A program made the position numbers and the translations under genes. Below are positions 13,002 to 25,612 of a stretch of 42,488 bases of DNA, one piece after another. How positions within the stretch are numbered: position 1 is the stretch's first letter; every line of letters begins with the position of its first letter. Origin of the DNA: Nemertoderma westbladi (lineage: Eukaryota; Animalia; Xenacoelomorpha); the NCBI GenBank assembly GCA_032718475.1, contig JAUCBJ010007579.1, forward strand, positions 1 through 42,488, given 5' to 3'. Below the pieces are notes generated by a model. The model worked only from the letters and a program-made list of their open reading frames with translations. It was not told the origin of the DNA and made no database searches.

Positions 13002-14152
13002 GAGAGGTTACTAATAATAATAAGTACTGGTAAAAAGCGGTATGCTAATAATACATGAATTAGGCCCTTTATAGTAATAGGAAAATAGGAAATTTTATAA
13101 ACCGTGAACCTATCACCTAAGCAGGCAGACAGAGGAAGTCTAAAAATTAAACTACACTTACTGACTTACCATACCACTACACCAACCAGTCATATTTAGT
13201 ATTTACATTTACATAGTTACCTACATCGTATGCCTTGCGATGAAAGAAGAAAAATCTGTATTAGGCCAAACAGTTTCCTCCTCTTAAACAATAGTTCTAC
13301 TGCTATTCACCAATCATAAACCAGTTATCAGGCAAGTTACCAGGGAAACGAATTTTGCTATAACCGTTTTGGTTAAATGTAAACAATGATTTACCATAAA
13401 TAGTTCATGGTGAAATTGCTAGATCTTTAATGGTATAAAAATAGAGTTCAATATTGTATGTATTTTACCTTAAATACATTATATTAAATCCCCAAAACGT
13501 ATCTGGATTATTGTATGTGTTACACCATAATTTAATCGTGGTGAAAATAAATACGGCTCTTGGTATAATTGGGATTTCTGTTGAATTTTGACACATTTGT
13601 TTAAATGCAAAATAATGTAGCTAACTTTATTATATTTCTCAAATATTTTGAGGCAAAACAGTTCACTTTCAAGAAACCATTCTAGGTATTTTACCTAGTT
13701 TAAAAAGGAACAATTTTGCCACAAATCATTTAAAAGAAAAACGCCCTTACTGTGGTGTATTGATGCACTTATGATTTTACCATAATAAATATGAAGCAAA
13801 TTTTTCCATTTTTTTTACAGTGTAGGATGTCAGGGAAACGGAATTAATTAGATTGAAAATTTACTTTTAAAATTAAATTAGTCTGTTTATCGCTGTTCGT
13901 GTGCAGTGTTCTAAAATTAATTAATAAATGTAAAAGTTTTCGGAGTATAATGGAGTATTTCAGGCATTTACTGCAAACTAATGCAAAAGTATCTTGTTGA
14001 TAATTGTGGCTTTACTCTCCGGAAATGGCTACTGACCGGACCCATTGACCGGACCCTCTAAATACCGTATTGAAGCTTTTTATTTGATTTATATTTTACT
14101 TGTGTATTATTGACCGGACCCTTTACATGTGTAAATGGTAACATGTGTTAAC

Positions 14153-14458
14153 TTTCTTTATGGTTTTGGTTCCCTCAACACGTCTCTGTAACCTGCTCAC
14201 TTTACTCTCCTGCTCGTACAGGCCCCATTGTATTCATATGCTTCTGGCGAACTGCATATGGTCCTAGACTGGAGATTATGGGTGGGGGGTAATCGATGGG
14301 CGTAGACGTACGTCTACCCGGGGTAAACGTACGTCTACACCCATGGCTACGCCTACGCCTAGGCCTACATCAAACTAGACTTACAATACTTATAGCCAGG
14401 ATAGGAGAGAAGCAGGTTACAAAGGCAGGTTGAAAATAACCAAAACAATAAACGAGAA
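14153..14458. mobile_element. MITE-like element with ~60-bp imperfect inverted ends and an internal palindrome
   Basis: Left TTTATGGTTTTGGTT..TCAAC..TGTAACCTGCT..CTCTCCT pairs with right AGGAGAG.AGCAGGTTACA..GTTGA..AACCAAAACAATAAA. Internal hairpin at 14297-14344. Confidence 0.55.
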
Positions 14459-15190
14459 TTAGGAATATCGTAGATCCAATTTAATTGAAAATCAACAGCT
14501 TGGGAATCATCAATCAGATGTATAGGTCTATCTTAGGCTACGTTTGTAGGCGTTGCGTTTAACCACAGACTGCTCTGCTATTAAATTACCAGCATGTTGC
14601 CATGGTGGGCCACAGGCGGGGGCAATCCTGCAGTCACATGGCGTTAAGCGAAGAAAACGATAAATCTTGTTAGCAGATCAAATATAAAAAAACAAGTGCA
14701 TACATACTGTATAATCATACCCAGTTGATTTACACCTAACATTTAATTCACAAATTTAATAAATTTAAATAATAAAGCTAAGTAAATACTACATTCAGGA
14801 TTCAGTTATTTAAATTTATTACCATTTACTTGTAGTAAGTATTTTAAAAGTAGAGAGCAATATTATAGTAGAACGCTTTCGTAGTATTTTAGTTTTGTAT
14901 ATTTAGGTAAAGCCTATCAAACGATAAGGTAATTCTGTAGGCTTGTTATTGAAACATTTATTGATTAGTAAACATTAAATTAATACTTATTTCTCTGTTC
15001 TCTCTTATGTAGTTAATTTTGAGCGCAAATTTGCGATTTTTAAACCAGCTACCGGTCGATATAGAATGTCTTTATCGTATAATAAAGTATTCGTAAATAA
15101 AGTAATTAATGAATAAACTGCAAACTAAATACTGAAATATGAGTATTAATAATTCACTATAATAAAATCCACTAGATGGTGCACCACACA

Positions 15191-15703
15191 CTAAGCATCT
15201 TCCTCTCCGTATTTTACGATATGAACGAACCGCTTATAATCAAAGTTCCCTTTCTTGTCGATAGGGGCGCCTCTGTAAACTTGGTCCACTTCCTCTTCCT
15301 GAAGACGATCTCCCATTCCCATCAACAGCTTCCTCAGCTTCTTATCGTTTATCTTCCCGGTGGCATCTGGGTCGAACATCTTGAAGGCGTTCAATATGGT
15401 GTCTTCGGGATCCGTTCCCGTTAACTTGTCTCCAAACATTGTCAGGAACATGGTGAAGTTGATGGCCCCAGCTGCTTCGTTCATCATTTCTTCCAGCTCA
15501 TCATCCTTCGGCTCCTTTCCAAATGAACTCAGGGTTCCCTTCAAGTCTTCCTTGCTGATGAAACCATCTTTATCTTGATCCATCATCCCGAATGCTTCTT
15601 TAAACTCTTGCACCTGGTTCTGTGCGAACATCGCGAATACATTACTCGTTGCTCGCTGGGCATGCTTCTTACCACCGGCTGCTTTCTTTGCTTTACTAGC
15701 CAT
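15191..15703 (-). CDS. MRLC: Myosin II regulatory light chain (non-muscle/smooth type, MYL9/MYL12/sqh family), single coding exon, 170 aa
   Basis: [11 protein letters not shown] (Thr18/Ser19-type phosphorylation site), EF-hand [41 protein letters not shown], and FDY..F..I.KYG. Confidence 0.97.
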   Translation of the reverse strand: MASKAKKAAGGKKHAQRATSNVFAMFAQNQVQEFKEAFGMMDQDKDGFISKEDLKGTLSSFGKEPKDDELEEMMNEAAGAINFTMFLTMFGDKLTGTDPEDTILNAFKMFDPDATGKINDKKLRKLLMGMGDRLQEEEVDQVYRGAPIDKKGNFDYKRFVHIVKYGEEDA

Positions 15704-15782
15704 ATTGAATTATTATTGGTTTTCCAAATATTCTAAACTCGACAATAAATAAATGTTATACACTTTATTTAATCTCGGATAG

Positions 15783-15869
15783 CTGAAGAATGCTTCAATA
15801 CGCCATATATTGCCAGTAGTAAAGCAAAGCAGGAACACCTCCAGCCGAGAGATGTACTTTCCCATTGGT
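15783..15869 (-). promoter_or_regulatory. Possible core promoter of the MRLC gene
   Basis: On the - strand: CCAAT (~15864-15868), then CAATATATGG (15803-15812; TATA-like and one mismatch from a CArG box), then TCAG ~25 bp downstream. Short motifs only. Confidence 0.3.
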
Positions 15870-16208
15870 GGTTAGTATCTCTGTCTAGGTTCAGTCAATG
15901 TTAGCCAACTAATGTCACCGACCTTGTCTGTCAGCTTTACTAAACCCAATAAATGGAGTCTAGGATTGCAAGATGGAGAGAGGCTGGCTTTAGCTGAAGT
16001 GGTAATGGTTTCTAGCAAATAAGAATCAGACATGCTTTCAAGGTCTAATATAGTAGATACTAAATTGATTTTTTTCTGTAAGTATAATCGTATACTATAC
16101 ATGTTGTATAAACACCTACTCCCATCTTGACGAAGTAATATCTCACCTTGGAGATGAAAAGGATCAAAGGGTGTTAAAAGTATAATGAACAGTAAACGGT
16201 GGTAAGCT

Positions 16209-16350
16209 ATTCTAACTAAAAGATAAATCGCGAGTCAATAGTACAGGTTTAGTTTCATTTTTGCTCGTAATCAGATATCGATGTTTCCATGGAGTGGATC
16301 AATAGAGAACGAGAACCCCATATCTACTCGTTTATTGTTTTGGTTAGAAT
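16209..16350. mobile_element. Short MITE-like element with ATTCTAACCAAAACAATAAACGAG-type inverted termini
   Basis: Left ATTCTAACTAAAAGATAAATCGCGAG, right CTCGTTTATTGTTTTGGTTAGAAT. The same terminus recurs at ~3481, ~3729, ~5950 and ~14438. Confidence 0.55.
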
Positions 16351-16422
16351 GGCCTGCCCTGCCACTGTGTATTAACTTTTTTATAATTAACATTTCCGAA
16401 TCATCGAGATGGGATTTCTGTG

Positions 16423-16500
16423 AATCAATCAATCAATCAAATTATATTTATATAGCGCTAAAAACTTAAATTTAAAATTAGACTCTAAACGCTGCAACTT
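16423..16500 (-). mobile_element. L2-type LINE/SINE 3' tail
   Basis: The - strand reads CAGCGTTTAGAG...TAGCGCTATATAAAT followed by (TGAT)n, resembling L2 3' ends. Another AATAAA(TCAA)n tail lies on + at ~4680-4702. Confidence 0.5.
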
Positions 16501-16597
16501 TCGAGTTAACAATGACATAAAGTAGTTAATTAAAATAGTTCGGTAAAAATAATTAAATAAAATAAGTAAAACTAATGTAGTTAATTAAAATTGGGTT

Positions 16598-19500
16598 GAC
16601 CCAGATCTCACGGTCAGCCATACACAGTACCGGCGGACCCAGCAACAAAGCACCCATAGATCACGCCGTCAGCCATACACAGTACCGGCGGACCCAGCAA
16701 CATAGCTACCCCAGATCTCGCGGTCAGCCATACACAGTACCGGCGGACCCAGCAACATAGCTACCCCAGATCTCGCGGTCAGCCATACACAGTACCGGCG
16801 GACCCAGCAACATAGCGACCCCAGATCTCCCGGTCAGCCATACACAGTGCCGGCAGACCCAGCAACAAAGCCCCCATAGATCACGCGGTCAGCCATACAC
16901 AGTACCGGCGGACCCAGCAACATAGCTACCCCAGATCTCGCGGTCAGCCATACACAGTACCGGCGGACCCAGCAACATAGCGACCCCAGATCTCACGGCC
17001 AGCCACACACAGTACCGGCGGACCCAGCAACATAGCGACCCCAGATCACGCGGTCAGCCATACACAGTACCGGTGGACCAAGCAACATAGCGACCCCAGA
17101 TCTCACGGTCAGCCAAACACAGTGCCGGCGGACCCAGCAACATAGCGACCCCAGATCTCACGGTCAGCCATACACAGTACCGGTGGACCCAGCAACATAG
17201 CGACCACAGATCTCGCGGTCAGCCATACACAGTGCCGGTGGACCCAGCAACATAACGCCCCTAGATCGCGCGGTCAGCCATACACAGTACCGGCGGACCC
17301 AGCAACATAGCGACCCCAGATCTCACGGTCAGCCATACACAGTACCGGCGGACCCAGCAACATAGCGCCCCAGATCTCGCGGTCAGCCATACACGGTACC
17401 GGAGGACCCAGCAACATAGCGACCCCAGATCTCACGGTCAGCCATACACAGTGCCGGTGGACCCAGCAACAAAGCACCCATAGATCGCGAGGTCAGCCAT
17501 ACACAGTGCCGGTGGACCCAGCAACATAGCGCCCCAGATCTCGCGGTCAGCCATACACGGTACCGGAGGACCCAGCAACATAGCGACCCCAGATCTCACG
17601 GTCAGCCATACACAGTGCCGGTGGACCCAGCAACAAAGCACCCATAGATCGCGAGGTCAGCCATACACAGTACCGGCGGACCCAGCAACATAGCGACCCC
17701 AGATCTCACGGTCAGCCATACACAGTACCGGCGGACCCAGCAACATAGCGACCCCAGATCTCACGGTCAGCCATACACAGTGCCGGTGGACCCAGCAACA
17801 TAGCGACCCCAGATCGCGCGGTCAGCCATACACAGTGCCGGTGGACCCAGCAACATAGCGACCCCAGATCTCACGGTCAGCCATACACAGTGCCGGTGGA
17901 CCCAGCAACAAAGCACCCATAGATCGCGCGGTCAGCCATACACAGTGCCGCGGACCCAGCAACATAGCGACCCCAGATCTCACGGTCAGCCATACACAGT
18001 ACCGGCGGACCCAGCAACATAGCACCCATAGATCGCGAGGTCAGCCATACACAGTACCGGCGGACCCAGCAACATAGCGACCCCAGATCCCACGGTCATC
18101 CATACACAGTACCGGAGGACACAGCAACATAGCGACCCCAGATCCCACGGTCAGCCATACACAGTGCCGGAGGACCCAGCAACAAAGCACCCATAGATCG
18201 CGAGGTCAGCCATACACAGTACCGGCGGACCCAGCAACATAGCGACCCCAGATCCCACGGTCAGCCATACACAGTACCGGAGGACACAGCAACATAGCGA
18301 CCCCAGATCTCGCGGTCAGCCATACACAGTGCCGGTGGACCCAGCAACAAAGCACCCATAGATCGCGCGGTCAGCCATACACAGTACCGGCGGACCCAGC
18401 AACATAGCACCCCCAGATCCCACGGTCAGCCATACACGCCGGCGGACCCAGCAACATAACGCCCCTAGATCTCGCGGTCAGCCATACACAGTACCGGAGG
18501 ACACAGCAACATAGCGACCCCAGATCCCACGGTCAGCCATACACAGTGCCGGTGGACCCAGCAACAAAGCACCCATAGATCGCGCGGTCAGCTATACACA
18601 GTACCGGCGGACCCAGCAACATAGCGACCCCAGATCTCACGGTCAGCCATACACAGTACCGGCGGACCCAGCAACATAGCGACCCCAGATCTCACGGTCA
18701 GCCATACACAGTGCCGGTGGACCCAGCAACAAAGCACCCATAGATCGCGCGATCAGCCATACACAGTGCCGCGGACCCAACAACATAGCGCCCCCAGATC
18801 TCGCGGTCAGCCATACACAGTACCGGAGGACCCAGCAACATAGCGCCCCCAGATCTCGCGGTCAGCCATACACAGTACCGGTGGACCCAGCAACAAAGCA
18901 CCCATAGATCGCGAGGTCAGCCATACACAGTACCGGCGGACCCAGCAACATAGCGACCCCAGATCTCACGGTCAGCCATACACAGTGCCGGAGGACCCAG
19001 CAACAAAGCACCCATAGATCGCGAGGTCAGCCATACACAGTACCGGCGGACCCAGCAACATAGCGACCCCAGATCCCACGGTCAGCCATACACAGTACCG
19101 GAGGACACAGCAACATAGCGACCCCAGATCCCACGGTCAGCCATACACAGTACCGGTGGACCAAGCAACATAGCGACCCAGATCTCGCGGTCAGCCATAC
19201 ACAGTACCGGTGGACCCAGCAACATAGCGCCCATAGATCGCGAGGTCAGCCATACACAGTACCGGCGGACCCAGCAATATAGCGACCCCAGATCTCACGG
19301 TCAGCCATACACAGTGCCGGAGGACCCAGCAACATAGCGACCCAGATCTCGCGGTCAGCCATACACAGTACCGGTGGACCCAGCAACATAGCGCCCATAG
19401 ATCGCGAGGTCAGCCATACACAGTACCGGCGGACCCAGCAACATAGCGACCCCAGATCTCACGGTCAGCCATACACAGTACCGGCGGACCCAGCAACATA

Positions 19501-22500
19501 GCGACCCCAGATCTCACGGTCAGCCATACACAGTACCGGCGGACCCAGCAACATAGCGACCCCAGATCTCACGGTCAGCCACACACATGACCGGCGGACC
19601 CAGTAACATAGCGACCCCAGATCTCGCGGTCAGCCATACACAGTGCCGGCAGACCCAGCAACATAGCGACCCCAGATCTCACGGTCAGCCACACACAGTG
19701 CCGGCGGACCCAGTAACATAGCGACCTCAGATCTCGCGGTCAGCCATACACAGTGCCGGCAGACCCAGCAACATAGCGACCACAGATCTCGCGGTCAGCC
19801 ATACACAGTGCCGGCGGACCCAGCAACATAGCACCCCCAGATCCCACGGTCAGCCATACACAGTGCCGGCGGACCCAGCAACATAGCACCCATAGATCGC
19901 GCGGTCAGCCATACACAGTGCCGGCGGACCCAGCAACATAGCACCCCCAGATCCCACGGACAGCCATACACAGTGCCGGCGGACCCAGCAAAATAGCGAC
20001 CCCAGATCTCGCGGTCAGCCATACACAGTGCCGGTGGACCCAGCAACAAAGCACCCATAGATCGCGCGGTCAGCCATACACAGTACCGGCGGACCCAGCA
20101 ACATAGCACCCCCAGATCCCACGGTCAGCCATACACAGTGCCGGCGGACCCAGCAACAAAGCACCCATAGATCGCGCGGTCAGCCATACACAGTACCGGA
20201 GGACACAGCAACATAGCGACCCAAGATCCCACGGTCAGCCATACACAGTGCCGGTGGACCCAGCAACAAAGCACCCATAGATCGCGCGGTCAGCCATACA
20301 CAGTACCGGCGGACCCAGAAACATAGCGACCCCAGATCTCACGGTCAGCCATACACAGTACCGGCGGACCCAGCAACATAGCGACCCCAGATCTCACGGT
20401 CAGCCATACACAGTGCCGGTGGACCCAGCAACAAAGCACCCATAGATCGCGCGATCAGCCATACACAGTACCGGCGGACCCAGCAACATAGCGACCCCAG
20501 ATCTCACGGTCAGCCATACACAGTGCCGGTGGACCCAGCAACAAAGCACCCATAGATCGCGCGATCAGCCATACACAGTGCCGCGGACCCAACAACATAG
20601 CGCCCCCAGATCTCGCGGTCAGCCATACACAGTACCTGAGGACCCAGCAACATAGCGCCCCCAGATCTCGCGGTCAGCCATACACAGTACCGGTGGACCC
20701 AGCAACAAAGCACCCATAGATCGCGAGGTCAGCCATACACAGTACCGGCGGACCCAGCAACATAGCTACCCCAGATCTCACGGTCAGCCATACACAGTGC
20801 CGGAGGACCCAGCAACAAAGCACCCATAGATCGCGAGGTCAGCCATACACAGTACCGGCGGACCCAGCAACATAGCGACCCCAGATCCCACGGTCAGCCA
20901 TACACAGTACCGGAGGACACAGCAACATAGCGACCCCAGATCCCACGGTCAGCCATACACAGTACCGGTGGACCCAGCAACATAGCGCCCATAGATCGCG
21001 AGGTCAGCCATACACAGTACCGGCGGACCCAGCAATATAGCGACCCCAGATCTCACGGTCAGCCATACACAGTGCCGGAGGACCCAGCAACATAGCGACC
21101 CAGATCTCGCGGTCAGCCATACACAGTACCGGTGGACCCAGCAACATAGCGCCCATAGATCGCGAGGTCAGCCATACACAGTACCGGCGGACCCAGCAAC
21201 ATAGCGACCCCAGATCTCACGGTCAGCCATACACAGTACCGGCGGACCCAGCAACATAGCGACCCCAGATCTCACGGTCAGCCATACACAGTACCGGCGG
21301 ACCCAGCAACATAGCGACCCCAGATCTCACGGTCAGCCACACACATGCCCGGCGGACCCAGTAACATAGCGACCCCAGATCTCGCGGTCAGCCATACACA
21401 GTGCCGGCAGACCCAGCAACATAGCGACCCCAGATCTCACGGTCAGCCACACACAGTGCCGGCGGACCCAGTAACATAGCGACCTCAGATCTCGCGGTCA
21501 GCCATACACAGTGCCGGCAGACCCAGCAACATAGCGACCACAGATCTCGCGGTCAGCCATACACAGTGCCGGCGGACCCAGCAACATAGCACCCCCAGAT
21601 CCCACGGTCAGCCATACACAGTGCCGGCGGACCCAGCAACATAGCACCCATAGATCGCGCGGTCAGCCATACACAGTGCCGGCGGACCCAGCAACATAGC
21701 ACCCCCAGATCCCACGGTCAGCCATACACAGTGCCGGCGGACCCAGCAAAATAGCGACCCCAGATCTCGCGGTCAGCCATACACAGTGCCGGTGGACCCA
21801 GCAACAAAGCACCCATAGATCGCGCGGTCAGCCATACACAGTACCGGCGGACCCAGCAACATAGCACCCCCAGATCCCACGGTCAGCCATACACAGTGCC
21901 GGCGGACCCAGCAACAAAGCACCCATAGATCGCGCGGTCAGCCATACACAGTACCGGAGGACACAGCAACATAGCGACCCCAGATCCCACGGTCAGCCAT
22001 ACACAGTGCCGGTGGACCCAGCAACAAAGCACCCATAGATCGCGCGGTCAGCCATACACAGTACCGGCGGACCCAGCAACATAGCGACCCCAGATCTCAC
22101 GGTCAGCCATACACAGTACCGGCGGACCCAGCAACATAGCGACCCCAGATCTCACGGTCAGCCATACACAGTGCCGGTGGACCCAGCAACAAAGCACCCA
22201 TAGATCGCGCGATCAGCCATACACAGTGCCGCGGACCCAACAACATAGCGCCCCCAGATCTCGCGGTCAGCCATACACAGTACCGGAGGACCCAGCAACA
22301 TAGCGCCCCCAGATCTCGCGGTCAGCCATACACAGTACCGGTGGACCCAGCAACAAAGCACCCATAGATCGCGAGGTCAGCCATACACAGTACCGGCGGA
22401 CCCAGCAACATAGCGACCCCAGATCTCACGGTCAGCCATACACAGTGCCGGAGGACCCAGCAACAAAGCACCCATAGATCGCGAGGTCAGCCATACACAG

Positions 22501-24473
22501 TACCGGCGGACCCAGCAACATAGCGACCCCAGATCCCACGGTCAGCCATACACAGTACCGGAGGACACAGCAACATAGCGACCCCAGATCCCACGGTCAG
22601 CCATACACAGTACCGGTGGACCAAGCAACATAGCGACCCAGATCTCGCGGTCAGCCATACACAGTACCGGTGGACCCAGCAACATAGCGCCCATAGATCG
22701 CGAGGTCAGCCATACACAGTACCGGCGGACCCAGCAATATAGCGAACCCAGATCTCACGGTCAGCCATACACAGTGCCGGAGGACCCAGCAACATAGCGA
22801 CCCAGATCTCGCGGTCAGCCATACACAGTACCGGTGGACCCAGCAACATAGCGCCCATAGATCGCGAGGTCAGCCATACACAGTACCGGCGGACCCAGCA
22901 ACATAGCGACCCCAGATCTCACGGTCAGCCATACACAGTACCGGCGGACCCAGCAACATAGCGACCCCAGATCTCACGGTCAGCCACACACAGTCCCGGC
23001 GGACCCAGTAACATAGCGACCCCAGATCTCGCGGTCAGCCATACACAGTGCCGGCAGACCCAGCAACATAGCGACCCCAGATCTCACGGTCAGCCACACA
23101 CAGTGCCGGCGGACCCAGTAACATAGCGACCCCAGATCTCGCGGTCAGCCATACACAGTGCCGGCAGACCCAGCAACATAGCGACCACAGATCTCGCGGT
23201 CAGCCATACACAGTGCCGGCGGACCCAGCAACATAGCGACCCCAGATCCCACGGTCAGCCATACACAGTGCCGGTGGACCCAGCAACAAAGCACCCATAG
23301 ATCGCGCGGTCAGCCATACACAGTACCGGCGGACCCAGCAACATAGCACCCCCAGATCCCACGGTCAGCCATACACAGTGCCGGCGGACCCAGCAACAAA
23401 GCACCCATAGATCGCGCGGTCAGCCATACACAGTACCGGTGGACCAAGCAACAAAGCACCCATAGATCGCGCGGTCAGCCATACACAGTACCGGCGGACC
23501 CAGCAACATAGCACCCCCAGATCCCACGGTCAGCCATACACAGTGCCGGCGGACCCAGCAACATAGCACCCATAGATCGCGCGGTCAGCCATACACAGTG
23601 CCGGCGGACCCAGCAACATAGCACCCCCAGATCCCACGGTCAGCCATACACAGTGCCGGCGGACCCAGCAAAATAGCGACCCCAGATCTCGCGGTCAGCC
23701 ATACACAGTGCCGGCGGACCCAGCAACATAGCGCCCCCAGATCTCGCGGTCAGCCATACACAGTGCCGGCTGACCCAACAACATAGCGACCCCAGATCTC
23801 ACGGTCAGCCATACACAATGCCGGCGGACCCAGCAACATAACGCCCCTAGATCGCGCGGTCAGCCATACACAGTACCGGCGGACCCAGCAACATAGCGCC
23901 CCCAGATCTCACGGTCAGCCATACACAGTACCGGAGGACCCAGCAACATAACGCCCCCAGATCTCACGGTCAGCCATACACAGTGCCGGCGTACCCAGCA
24001 ACATAGTGCCCCCAGATCTCGCGGTCAGCCATACACAGTGCCGGCGGACCCAACAACATAGCGACCCCAGATCTCGCGGTCAGCCATACACAGTGCCGGC
24101 GGATCCAACAACATAGCGACCCCAGATCTCACGGTCAGCCATACACAGTGCCGGCGGACCCAGCAACATAGCACCCCCTGATCCCACGGTCAGCCATACA
24201 CAGTGCCGGCGGACCCAGCAAAATAGCGACCCCAGATCTCACGGTCAGCCATACACAGTGCCGGCGGACCCAGCAACATAGCACCCCCAGATCCCACGGT
24301 CAGCCATACACAGTGCCGGCGGACCCAGCAAAATAGCGACCCCAGATCTCGCGGTCAGCCATACACAGTACCGGCGGACCCAGCAACATAGCGCCCCTAG
24401 ATCGCGCGGTCAGCCATACACAGTGCCGGCGCACCCAGCAACGCGCCCCCAGATCTCACGGTCAGTCATACAC
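16598..24473. repeat. 55-bp GC-rich satellite, ~143 copies, with higher-order duplications
   Basis: Unit GACCCAGCAACATAGCGACCCCAGATCTCACGGTCAGCCATACACAGTACCGGCG. A diagnostic variant block recurs near 18770, 20580 and 22230. Confidence 0.98.
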
Positions 24474-24815
24474 TTTCCCAGTTAGCCCTATTCTCAAATC
24501 CGGTGTCCTTGAGCAGGTCTTTGAAGAGTCATTAACTGTCCACCACGTTTATTCTCACCAGCAGATTGCCACAGTCAAGGTTGTGTACAGGTTGATCCTG
24601 CTGGCGAAAACAGTGCCCAACATGCTTCAGGCGGCGTCTATCCAGGGTGGTGCCATAGTTATACAGTATAACATCTAATTGCGATGTGTCCATCATAGGC
24701 AATGTTGTGCATCCTATGAAGGATCCTGGTATAAACTCTATGTACTATCCATAGACCTGGTAGCCTAAGTCTTCAGCAGTTAGAGCCCAGCATGGGATGC
24801 CATGGAGCATATTAA
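24474..24815 (-). mobile_element. Degenerate 5'-truncated RTE-group LINE (C-terminal part of the RT ORF)
   Basis: Across frameshifts: MLHGIPCWALT, YTRILHRMHNI, RRRLKHVGHCFR and DLLKDTG, then MTDREIW running into the satellite. This matches the RTE/RTE-X pattern LLYG.E.W.LT / YTRMLR / RRL..AGHC.R / L..DTG / M.DR..W. Confidence 0.75.
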
Positions 24816-25612
24816 AATGAAAAAAACAAGTAACCATAAATGTTCAGCTTAACTTTAATTGACTTATTCTCCGCTATAAATTCACCTTTTTTTGTTTTTC
24901 TGGTTTGGCTGATTCTAATTGATTTCAAATTCTCCAGATAATTAATTGCAGTCGTATACTTGGCATAAAATTTTCCACCAGCGCCCAAAAATTCAAGTTT
25001 GAAAGGACTAGTGTGGTTTTTATTTATTCCATTGAATTTAATTCAGAACACTCATAAACTCGTATGACGTGAGAAACCAGAAGATACAATAAGTTGAACA
25101 ATTTGCTAAATTTTGTGCTGGCACGAAATTATGCACCCACCGACGAAAAATACACAGCGTGATATATATTTATTCCATTGAAATAATCCAAAAATCTGGC
25201 AAAAAACAGGATCAAACAATCAATTTAAAAAATTTAGGATTTTATAAAGTTGGTGCCAGAACCAAAATTAGACACACGTCAAAAAGACAATTTTGAATCG
25301 TGTGCTTTGGTTTGGCGGCCTCAAGGAGGTAATAATACGGGCTGGGCAGCTTGTGGGTTTAGATGCGGATAATAATCTCGCACAATGCAGCATACCGATT
25401 ACAGATAGATATCGGTGGTAATTTGTTATAGTTGTTATTTTAAAATTACTATTATAAATAACCTTGAAATCTCTAATCTAGGGCCCCTACACACTCCCAC
25501 AGTGCTAACTAGTTAGGATTGAATCTAGCTGGATAGGGGTCATGCTACTCATGTTTGCTTCGACATAATATCCCACCTAACTCCAAGCAGTGTGTAAGGG
25601 TATTAGCGTATC

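Larger units (their letters stand above)
4819..13822 (-). mobile_element. Full-length EnSpm/CACTA-superfamily DNA transposon (~9.0 kb)
   Basis: Perfect 15-bp TIRs CACTGTAAAAAAAAT (4819-4833) and ATTTTTTTTACAGTG (13808-13822), flanked on both sides by TA (4817-4818, 13823-13824; 2-bp TSD as in animal EnSpm). Encloses a transposase, a second ORF and subterminal repeats. Confidence 0.9.

Noticed and set aside
15872-16102. 76-aa ORF with ISWLTLTEPRQ, faintly like LINE RT C-terminal LxWxxLxxRR
   Set aside because: The similarity is too short to support a call.
17274-22361. Short ORFs (MLCCWVHR...) in the 55-bp array
   Set aside because: These are by-products of a 55-nt period. Only the MADREIW frame has meaning, as a LINE remnant.
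25481-25603. Possible Harbinger-like MITE (CCCCTACACACT ... AGTGTGTAAGGG) abutting the 33-bp array
   Set aside because: The inverted match is only ~12 bp and imperfect, with no clear TSD.
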